Shown here: positions 19,921-28,700 of the stretch, piece by piece
Layout of the letters: every line of letters starts with the position of its first letter
Numbering within the stretch: position 1 is the stretch's first letter
IMG/VR virus record: IMGVR_UViG_3300025168_000049
Span: 22,775-86,774 of that record
Origin: a virus
Reading direction: 5' to 3' (one strand)
DNA: 64,000 bases
Notes under the pieces: model-generated
The model's input: only the letters and a program-made list of their open reading frames with translations
Databases searched by the model: none
What the model was told of the DNA's origin: nothing
Program-made: the position numbers and the translations under genes

Positions 19921-20331
19921 ATGGCAATGACAATCGCACCTACATTAAAAATTACTAGTACTAGTGTATCAGTAAAAGAAACGTTTAGTTTAAATCTAAC
20001 GGACATTTTAACAGTAGACACCCCTTTAACTAATATAACTAAAGTGGCAACAGTAGTATCTCCAGGAGTACAATTAATCGGACCAATAGGAGGAGCAGAA
20101 GCAACGCCTTCAACAAAAGTAATGCATATGTATGTTTATAATACAGATACTACAGATAGTATATTTATTACTTACGATACAGCTGCTGCAACCCCAGACC
20201 CGGAGAGTGTAACTGTAATAGGCCCAGGAGAATTTTCTTTTTGGAATATTCCTATTGGAGTTAGCACAGTATTTGCTTTCTCTTCTGCTAATACGCCGGT
20301 TTTAGAATATGGTTTTTGGACTAAAGGATAA
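19921..20331 (+). CDS. Small beta-rich virion (head-fibre-like) protein
   Basis: T/V-rich; MYVYNTD...IGPGEFSFW...LEYGFW pattern. Confidence 0.55.
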   Translation: MAMTIAPTLKITSTSVSVKETFSLNLTDILTVDTPLTNITKVATVVSPGVQLIGPIGGAEATPSTKVMHMYVYNTDTTDSIFITYDTAAATPDPESVTVIGPGEFSFWNIPIGVSTVFAFSSANTPVLEYGFWTKG

Positions 20332-20349
20332 ATTAAAAAAAAATAAATT

Positions 20350-20520
20350 ATGAATTGGATAAATAGTTGGAAAAGCGGTAATAAAAAATTAAAGTATAAC
20401 ATTCAGATAAGGTTAGGAAAAATAACTTTATTAGAACTTAGTGCGTGTTTATTTTGTGAAGTAGGATGCACTTCAAAAAGAGTTAGATTTATAATTCTGA
20501 ACGTTGGCTTTGAAGCATGA
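20350..20520 (+). CDS. Unannotated 56-aa protein
   Basis: ATG after aaatta; MNWINSWKSGNKKLKYNIQIRLGKITLLELSACLFCEVGCTSKRVRFIILNVGFEA*; ATGA overlap with the next gene. Confidence 0.75.
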   Translation: MNWINSWKSGNKKLKYNIQIRLGKITLLELSACLFCEVGCTSKRVRFIILNVGFEA

Positions 20521-20741
20521 TGAAAAACTTTACATTAAATCTAGGAAATATAATTTGGATTATAGGTATAATATTTACTATGGGTATTGCTTATAGTCAA
20601 ATAAACCAGCTTGGAGTTGATATAACTGTTTTAGAAAAAAGACTTGAAAAAAAGATTAAGATTATTAATGAGAATGAAGATCGTATTGTAGAGTTAGAGA
20701 AAGATATAGCTCAATTAACTGGATGCAAACATATTAAATAA
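20517..20741 (+). CDS. N-terminal TM + coiled-coil protein (i-spanin- or holin-like)
   Basis: IIWIIGIIFTMGIAY helix, then a coiled coil with a Cys near the C-terminus. Adjacent to the putative lysin. Confidence 0.5.
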   Translation: MMKNFTLNLGNIIWIIGIIFTMGIAYSQINQLGVDITVLEKRLEKKIKIINENEDRIVELEKDIAQLTGCKHIK

Positions 20742-21355
20742 TGAAATACTGCAGAGAAGATATTCAGAAAGTGATGCTAGAAAAAGGTTATAAATACTTT
20801 ACTGGCGATAATTATGATGTTAATATTATAGGTATTAGAAATTCTGATACAGATGGTAAGGTTACAAATAAGTTTGATGATATAATGACTATATCTTATA
20901 AAGATGAGAATAGTAAATGGCAGTATCATGAATTTAAGTGTACTACAGATCCAGGAGATGACTGGATGGACAATCCAATGTCTCCTAAAAAAGGGTGTGC
21001 AGTATTAAAACCAGGACAATATAGAGGAAGCCACAAGATAAGATTACACGGTGGAAAATATATTGCATTAGGACAAAAGAAACCTTTGACAGTCTACAGA
21101 GATAATAATAGAAATGACAAGTATGAGTTTGATGAGTCAACTTGTGATACAGGTGTATTTGGTATAAATATACACAGAGCAACTCCATACGCAGGTAAAG
21201 AGTCCACCAGAGTAAATAAGTGGAGTGCTGGATGTCAAGTAATAACAGCAAATGATGATTGGCATGCATTTTTAGATATATGCCAAACAGCTAGAGAAGT
21301 ATGGGGAAATTCATTTTCTTACACCCTTTTAGAGAGTAAGGATATTATAATATAA
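20741..21355 (+). CDS. Putative endolysin with L,D-transpeptidase (YkuD)-like catalytic motif
   Basis: GINIHRA...WSAGCQV gives an H-x(15)-S-x-G-C motif. Located between membrane genes and a 3TM holin. Confidence 0.65.
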   Translation: MKYCREDIQKVMLEKGYKYFTGDNYDVNIIGIRNSDTDGKVTNKFDDIMTISYKDENSKWQYHEFKCTTDPGDDWMDNPMSPKKGCAVLKPGQYRGSHKIRLHGGKYIALGQKKPLTVYRDNNRNDKYEFDESTCDTGVFGINIHRATPYAGKESTRVNKWSAGCQVITANDDWHAFLDICQTAREVWGNSFSYTLLESKDIII

Positions 21356-21366
21356 AAAATAAAGTT

Positions 21367-21762
21367 ATGAATATATTAGGAAAAATATTTAGTGGCGGTG
21401 CAAAAGATCTTGTTGAAGGTGTAGGTGGAGTTATAGATGACTTACATACATCTGGCGAAGAGAAGCTTGCAGCAGAACAAAAAGTAAAAGAACTAATTGC
21501 TAACTATGAAATTGAGATGGAGAAACAAGTTACATCTCGATGGGAAGCAGATATGAATTCTGATTCCTGGTTAAGTAAAAACGTTAGACCATTAGTTTTA
21601 ATATTTTTAGTTGTATCTACAGTATTAATGATATTTATTGATGCTGGTACAATTAAATTTTTAGTTGAAGAAAAATGGACGGACTTATTACAGATAGTAT
21701 TGATTACTGTAATAGGCGCTTATTTTGGAGGTAGGAGTTTAGAGAAGGTAAAAAAACAGTAA
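21367..21762 (+). CDS. Holin of 3TMs (GTA-holin-like)
   Basis: RWEADM.SDSWLSKNVRPL, two TM helices and GAYFGGRSLEK. Confidence 0.85.
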   Translation: MNILGKIFSGGAKDLVEGVGGVIDDLHTSGEEKLAAEQKVKELIANYEIEMEKQVTSRWEADMNSDSWLSKNVRPLVLIFLVVSTVLMIFIDAGTIKFLVEEKWTDLLQIVLITVIGAYFGGRSLEKVKKQ

Positions 21763-21778
21763 CCAATTAACTATATAT

Positions 21779-22912
21779 ATGACCAAAGACCAGATTAAGG
21801 CCTTTTTGAAAGACAGGCCTGGCTACCTTAAAGAAGGTGCTGAACGTCTTTCTGAACGCTTAGACTGCAGTGTTGAAGCATGTGGACACGCACTAAGAGA
21901 AGGTAGGATAGAAGCAAAAGGAAATGATTTTGATTTAGATAATATAAGTAAGTCTGAAATCAATGAGTTTAAAGAGTTCTTAGACAGTAACGGTATAGCA
22001 GAAGACGATGTAAAGTCTGTAAAGTTTTGGCAGACAATAAAAGGAGATAATAGATTTTCTGTAGTTACAAAAGGAGAGGATAATATAATGAAGGAGGCAA
22101 AAGAAGAAATGCTTAAGTCTCTTAAAGAGTATAGTCCTAAAGTTGAGAAGGAGTATGAGGCAGTAGTAGATCCAGTAGTGTATGAAGTTTCTTTACCAGA
22201 TATTCATTATGGTAAAATAGACGGTCAGACATTAAATGAAGCAGAGGAGTCTTATATGAATACAGTTAAAGACCTTATGAATAAAGCGTCAGGTTTGAAT
22301 ATAGAGAGAATACTTTTACCTATAGGTAACGATGGTATGAACTCTGAGGGATATTCTAGAGCAACTACTAAAGGAACTCCTCAACACGATGGTGCAGAGT
22401 GGCAAGAAACATTTGTTGGATACTGTAATTTAATGGTACGAGCAATAAATTTTTTATCAGATACAGCGCCTGTAGATGTGGTTGTAATACAAGGTAACCA
22501 CGACTATGAAAGAATGTTTTATTCAGGAGAGTTTTTAAGAGCTTTCTTTTTAGGACATGACGGAGTAGAAGTTGATAACAACTATAACTCTAGAAAGTAT
22601 TATGAGTATGGAAAAAATATGATTATGTTTACACATGGAGACAAAGAAAAACCTGCTGAGATGCCACTTATAATGGCAACAGAAGAGCCTATGATGTTTG
22701 CAAGGACTACAAACAGAGAAGTACATTGTGGGCATAAGCATAAAGAAATGGTTAATGAGTACCGTGGAATAAAAGTAAGATTTATCCCGTCTATCTGCGG
22801 TAATGATGCATGGCACAAAATGATGGGATACGAAGCAAAAAGAACCGGACAAGCACATATATGGAGTAAATTAAGAGGGTATGAAGGATATTTACAAACT
22901 AATTTACAATAA
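21779..22912 (+). CDS. Calcineurin-like metallophosphoesterase
   Basis: Complete motif set: DIHYG, GND, GNHD, HGD, GHKH. Confidence 0.85.
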   Translation: MTKDQIKAFLKDRPGYLKEGAERLSERLDCSVEACGHALREGRIEAKGNDFDLDNISKSEINEFKEFLDSNGIAEDDVKSVKFWQTIKGDNRFSVVTKGEDNIMKEAKEEMLKSLKEYSPKVEKEYEAVVDPVVYEVSLPDIHYGKIDGQTLNEAEESYMNTVKDLMNKASGLNIERILLPIGNDGMNSEGYSRATTKGTPQHDGAEWQETFVGYCNLMVRAINFLSDTAPVDVVVIQGNHDYERMFYSGEFLRAFFLGHDGVEVDNNYNSRKYYEYGKNMIMFTHGDKEKPAEMPLIMATEEPMMFARTTNREVHCGHKHKEMVNEYRGIKVRFIPSICGNDAWHKMMGYEAKRTGQAHIWSKLRGYEGYLQTNLQ

Positions 22913-22917
22913 AAATA

Positions 22918-23625
22918 ATGACATTAAATGAAATAGCATACAACTTATTAAACCTAATTAGAGGAGGTAGATCTAATCACGATGAACATCTATCTTTAGA
23001 TCAGATTAAGTTTAATATTAAGCATTATCGAGCAATGTTCTTGCGTAGAGATTTTGCTAGAAATGGATTAACAACAAGACATGTAGAACAAGATTTAGGA
23101 TGTTTAGAAGTAGCTCCTGTAGACGCTTCTAGGTGTTGTAACTTGCCTATAGGATGTACAATTTATAAAACAAAATTGGAAGTTCCTAAAACTGTTAGAT
23201 TTAATTTCAGAGATGCTATTACATATATTGGTGATGTAACTGGTTTAGGAACTATTCCTATGGTGGAGCCACATATTGTGCAATGGTTACCATATGATAA
23301 ATATACAAATAAAAAAATGAAAGCATTTATGATAGATAATTTTATATATATACATAATGCTAAAGGTTTAGAGTACATAAATGTAAGAGGAGTCTTTGAA
23401 GACCCCGAAGATTTAAGGCTTTATAATTGTGGTACTGACGTCTGTTATGACGATAGTGCTACAAATTTTCCAATACCTATGGATATGATTCAAGCAATCA
23501 ATTCAGGTATTATATCTGGTGAATTAGGACTGCTTACTGGTTCATTTAGTGATTTAGAAAATGATAGGATGCAAGACGATAGAACTGTTAAAGGTATTGC
23601 ACCTCAACAAAATAAGCAACAATAA
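22918..23625 (+). CDS. Tail ring protein (crAss R2-like)
   Basis: MTLNEIAYNL, QIKFNIKHYRA, QDLGCLE, VRGVFEDP and FPIPMDM. Confidence 0.7.
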   Translation: MTLNEIAYNLLNLIRGGRSNHDEHLSLDQIKFNIKHYRAMFLRRDFARNGLTTRHVEQDLGCLEVAPVDASRCCNLPIGCTIYKTKLEVPKTVRFNFRDAITYIGDVTGLGTIPMVEPHIVQWLPYDKYTNKKMKAFMIDNFIYIHNAKGLEYINVRGVFEDPEDLRLYNCGTDVCYDDSATNFPIPMDMIQAINSGIISGELGLLTGSFSDLENDRMQDDRTVKGIAPQQNKQQ

Positions 23626-23653
23626 TAATAATTAATTAAATAAATTTAAGACA

Positions 23654-24439
23654 ATGGCAAAAGATGAATTTTACGGGAAAGGCTCTAAGCGCATAAGTGG
23701 CGACTTTTTGGAACCTAGTACCCCTGTTTTGTTTGAGGATGGCGGCGCCTCTGAAGATGAGACACGTAAGGAAATGCGAAGACGACAAAGAGAGGAGCGC
23801 AAAACCGCAAGGAAAAAAAGAAGATCTACTAGGAAAACAAGACGTCTAACAAAGAAAATAAACAGACGTAAGGAAAAAACTAAAAAGATTGAAGGTAAGT
23901 TAGAAACTCATACTGAGAAGACTCTAACAAAGAAAAAAGAGTATGCTCCAACTACAGAAGGAGATAAAAATACTCCACCTAAATCGGCTACAGAAACACC
24001 AGATGTTAAAAAGGATAAAAAGAATTCTAAAAGTATAGATAATATGTCTTTTAGTGAGGCTTACAGAACTCAAAGAGATGCTAATAAAAAAGCAGGTATA
24101 AAGCATTACGGAGATGATTCAGGGCATTTTACTTGGAGAGGTAAGGAATATAGTACGGAGTCAAAATCTGAGCAAGATAAAAGAAAAGGAAAAACTAAGA
24201 AAAAAGTAGTTAAAAAGAAAGAAGAGACACCGGTAGTAAAAGAAACAACTCCTAAGAAGAAACAAACTGTAAATCCAAAGCATGATCAAGACGGTAATGG
24301 TGTTCCAGATTTAGTTCAAAAACCTAAGACTCATGATGCAGATAACGACGGAATTCCAGATTTGATCCAAAGACGTGAGACAACAAAGATCAAGAAGAAG
24401 AAAGGTGGAATAAAGTACAAAAGAGGAGGAAGAAGATAG
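23654..24439 (+). CDS. Basic Lys-rich putative internal virion protein with GG tags
   Basis: FEDGG near the N-terminus and KKKGG-IK-YKRGG at the C-terminus. Also an FSEAY...FTWRGKEYST motif and two DxDxxGxPD repeats. Confidence 0.55.
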   Translation: MAKDEFYGKGSKRISGDFLEPSTPVLFEDGGASEDETRKEMRRRQREERKTARKKRRSTRKTRRLTKKINRRKEKTKKIEGKLETHTEKTLTKKKEYAPTTEGDKNTPPKSATETPDVKKDKKNSKSIDNMSFSEAYRTQRDANKKAGIKHYGDDSGHFTWRGKEYSTESKSEQDKRKGKTKKKVVKKKEETPVVKETTPKKKQTVNPKHDQDGNGVPDLVQKPKTHDADNDGIPDLIQRRETTKIKKKKGGIKYKRGGRR

Positions 24440-24922
24440 ATGTTACATACTTTAAAGGCAATCTATGACGATTATCAGATAAAGTATGACGATAGCATTG
24501 ATGCAAAAACTTTTAGAGACATTTGCTCTGACTATAATATGATAGTCATGAGCAATGTCTTAGAAGGTAAAACATTCAATATGGGCTATAACTTATCTTC
24601 TATATATATAGTTAGAGTAAGAAGAGATCCTAGGACTCCAAGAATAGATTGGGGAGAGAGTAATAAGTATAGAGATGAACTTATTAAAAAAGGTTTGCCT
24701 TTGTATGATAATATTACAGAGAAAGGTAGAAAATGGTATATATATTATACAGATGATTTTTATTGTAAATACCATTGGAACAAAGGTAAATGTAAGATCC
24801 CAAATAAGTCTGTTTATAGATTTGATGCTACACGAGGGGTTAAAGGAAATAAGGGAAAATTAATAACTTTGTTGCGTAAAGATGATTTAGCGTATTTAAA
24901 GTTTAAAAAATATAAATTATGA
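24440..24922 (+). CDS. IHF/HU-like crAss tail-module protein
   Basis: RIDWGES and YCKYHWNK...YRF; sits between ring genes as in crAss-like phages. Confidence 0.6.
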   Translation: MLHTLKAIYDDYQIKYDDSIDAKTFRDICSDYNMIVMSNVLEGKTFNMGYNLSSIYIVRVRRDPRTPRIDWGESNKYRDELIKKGLPLYDNITEKGRKWYIYYTDDFYCKYHWNKGKCKIPNKSVYRFDATRGVKGNKGKLITLLRKDDLAYLKFKKYKL

Positions 24923-25797
24923 TTTATAAAACTATATCTAGCAAGACAATTATTAGAAAGGTTTTTAGAGATTTAAAACCTAATGATGATAATTGGATAG
25001 ATGATGCTATTGAGTGGATAGGAGAGGCATTAGAGCATATAGGTTCTGCACCACAACTGTGTACTAAACAATGTGTCTTAACTGTAAAAGATCATAAAGT
25101 ATGTTTACCTGCTGACCTATATTATATCAATCAAGTCGCAGTTAATAATACAGTATCTCCTACTACATCTGAAGAGTTAGATACTTTATTAACTCAAGTT
25201 AAAACATTATCTGCATCTGTTGTTGCAGCTACGGCTGCAGGGCAAGATTATAGTGATACAGGAAAAGTCCTTAATGAAATAAATGCTAGAATTGTTGTTT
25301 TAGAAAATGTTTTCTTTTCTGATGAACATAAACTAAGAGCATTACAATATGGTGCAAGTACATTTCATAAAAGCATGCATTGTACAGGATGTGTAAACGA
25401 ATTATCAGAGTATAAGGATAGTTATATAGTAGATTGTGGGTATATTAAAACCTCATTTCAAACAGGAAAAATCTGTATAAGTTATATGGCTTTTCCTCTA
25501 GATGAAGATTGCTTTCCATTAGTACCAGATGATATAAGTTTTAAAGAAGCAATGTTTTGGTATATATTTAAAAAATTATTATTATCAGGTTATGATAAAC
25601 CTACTAAGATAGACTATGCTTTTGCAGAAGAGAGATGGATGAATTATTGTACACAAGCTAGAAATGCAGCTAACTATCCAGATATTGCAAAGTATGAATC
25701 GTTTATGAATCAATGGGTAAGATTAGTTCCAAATATAAATAGACACTCGACGTTATTTGAAGATTTAAATGACAGAGAACAATTAGATAGAGGATAA
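24919..25797 (+). CDS. Tail tubular / ring protein 1 (P22 gp4-like)
   Basis: EWIGEALEHIG, YIKTSF..GKICISY.AFPLDEDCFPLVPD and W..YCTQAR; directly before the muzzle gene. Confidence 0.75.
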   Translation: MIYKTISSKTIIRKVFRDLKPNDDNWIDDAIEWIGEALEHIGSAPQLCTKQCVLTVKDHKVCLPADLYYINQVAVNNTVSPTTSEELDTLLTQVKTLSASVVAATAAGQDYSDTGKVLNEINARIVVLENVFFSDEHKLRALQYGASTFHKSMHCTGCVNELSEYKDSYIVDCGYIKTSFQTGKICISYMAFPLDEDCFPLVPDDISFKEAMFWYIFKKLLLSGYDKPTKIDYAFAEERWMNYCTQARNAANYPDIAKYESFMNQWVRLVPNINRHSTLFEDLNDREQLDRG

Positions 25798-28700
25798 TGG
25801 CCAATAAAAGATTTTTAAAAGGATTATTCAAAGATACTAGTCATCAAGACCAGCCTAAAGATTCTTGGAGATATGCAAAAAATGCTACTATAAATAATAT
25901 AGAAGGCTCTATTTCTAACGAATCTGGTACTACTGCACACGGGCATCTTGGAACAAATTTAACCTGGGGTGCTCAAGAAGATAGAATCTTGGGAACTGTA
26001 GAAGTTGATAATGATAGAGTAGTTATATTTACTAAGAATCAACTTAACTTAAGAAGCGAGATTGGTATATGGGATCCTAATACAAGCGTAGGTAATCCAT
26101 ACTCAGCTTTATATAATCCTAACATAACTAGTTATGTAACACACGATTTAAATTTTCAGTTTACCAATTTAATAGAAGGAACTTATAAGATTGATGCTAA
26201 AGGAGATTTAGTTGTTTATTTTACAGATGATTTAAATCCACCTAGGGCAATTAACATAGACCGTCAAATGCGAGGGATAGCATTATCTAATATTACTTGG
26301 TTATATAACATTAATCCTGCTAGTTCACATTCAAAACATTTAGAATTATTAAATTTATTTCCAGCATCTGGTCCTGTTCCTCATATTTATCTTTCTGACC
26401 AGTGGTGGTTTCCTAAACCATATCAGACGTCTGTTGTTGAAGGGGGTGGATTAAAAACAGCAGTATACTATTTAGCTTTAGCTTATGTAGATGAAGACTT
26501 AGTTGCGACTAATTTTTTAACTGTTTCTAATCCTGTTTCAATTGTAGATGAGTATGATCACACTAGGCCTACTAGTAAAAAAGACGGTGCTAAAGAGGGT
26601 ACTCAAACATCTAAAGCTATATCATGGAGAGTTAGTAATCTGAATACAGATTATAAGTTTATGCGACCTGTAGTTGTTAGGCGTATGGGAGATTCGACTG
26701 AGGCTTTTAAATTAAATGATATACAAATAAATCCTAATACTTCAAATCCTCCATTTCAAACTGTAGTATTTAGTGGTATAGAAGGTAGTAGCGGACTAGC
26801 TATTGAAAAAGTTATTATAGATACTACATCTTATGATACTGCAAAAACTATTGATCAGTTAGATGGTATTTTATATTTAGGAAATACAACTAGTAATAAG
26901 GATTTAGGATATCAAAAATATGCTAATGCAATTAAAACATTTTCTGTTGTTAGGGATATACCAAAATTTGATGAGCATTGGATGACCATGGATAGTCTAA
27001 CTACAGGGAATGCTTTTTTCCCAGTTGATGATGGTAATTATGTAGATGATTCTAAATCATATAGACATCATCCAAATATTGTAGATCATAAAGGATATCA
27101 AAGAGATGAGGCTTATGCCTTTTATATTGCATTTATTATGAATGATGGTAGTATGTCTTATGCATATCATATACCTGGACGAGAAAAAAATATATCTACT
27201 GACCCAGCTTTTCATACTGAAGGAGATGCTGTTTCTTCTGCATCAGTAGGGAATACTCAAATTTTTTCAGATTTAGCGGACTTAAGTAAAGGTCACGCTC
27301 AAAACTTTCATTTCTTTGATTACAGTCAATACGCAGGAAATAGAAATATGAACTTTTGGGAAAATGCTACAGAGACTTATCCAGATACAGATAACTATGA
27401 AGTGTGGGATGAAAATGGTTATACAGGAACTGACATTAAAAATGAAAGGGTTCGTCACCACCATTTTCCTGGTAATGATAATGACAACAGATCCTCAATT
27501 AGTGATGACACATGCACGTCGCAGGAGTCTGATGGTGTAGGATCAAATAACACACCTTGGAATGGTACTGTTGAATTTAGACATAATGATGATGGGTGTG
27601 AAATGCATTGGAATGAAGGATCTTGGAGATATGCAAATATGGGTAATTATGTAAATATATCTGATCCTGATGGTACTAACGCTCAGATGTTACAGGCTCT
27701 ATTTAGAAGCAAATCTGATACAGGAGGATTTGGTTCAGGATGTAATAACACTGGTGGTACTTGGAATGGTAATTATATAGTAGCAGATCAAAAAATGACA
27801 GTAAGAAGTTGGGCTATGATTAATCATAGAAGACTAAGTAATGGTGGTTCTGCTCCACTTACTACTACTAAGTATAGTACTAATTCTGTTGCTAGCCCTG
27901 TAGCTGAAGGGGCAGCAGGTACTAGTCCAGGATGTCCTGCAACTTCCTGTGATTCAATAGGTGATTATGGGGGTTGTGGTGGTAGTGGGACGCTTGATTA
28001 TACAGCTATGTCTTTACCAGCTACTGTTTTAGAGCCAGGCGAGTGGATACGAATGAGAAATTGTGGAGATGGTTGGTGTAATGTAGGTGGTCAATCAGGA
28101 GGAACGGATTGTAGATTTAGACAGGCTAGAGGAAGTAGTGAGCAAATAGATGCGTGTGACGCAGGGTGTTCTAGTCCTAGCAGTGCTCCATGGAGTTGCA
28201 ATGATTACCAGTTTATTAGATGGGAAATTGTATCAGCTAATTCTGTTGCGCCTGGCTTTGTAAAATATGATGCAAAGATATCACATACTGTTAGAAGACT
28301 AGGATTTACTCTAGAGGATATAAAGGTACCTAAATCTATAGCAGATAAAGTTCAAGGATTTAGAATTTATTATGCTAAGCGTGGGCAATCTAATAAAACA
28401 ATTATTGGACAAGATTCAATAATACCTATGACACGAAAACTTGTTCAAATGGGTATCTGCCTAGAAACAGGTGGCACAGCAGAAGCATATCAAGTTATGG
28501 GTACGTTGCAAAACTTCCCTGAAACATTCTGGCAATGCGAGTCTATGGCTTATGCATCGTGGCATCCAGGATATCCTATATATACTTATGGAATATACCA
28601 AAACTCTACTACACTAGCTACTGGAGAAGCTGCATATAAAAACTTTACTTTTCACGATTTTAATTTGTTGAGAACAAAAAATAGTTTAGCAGGTGCAACA

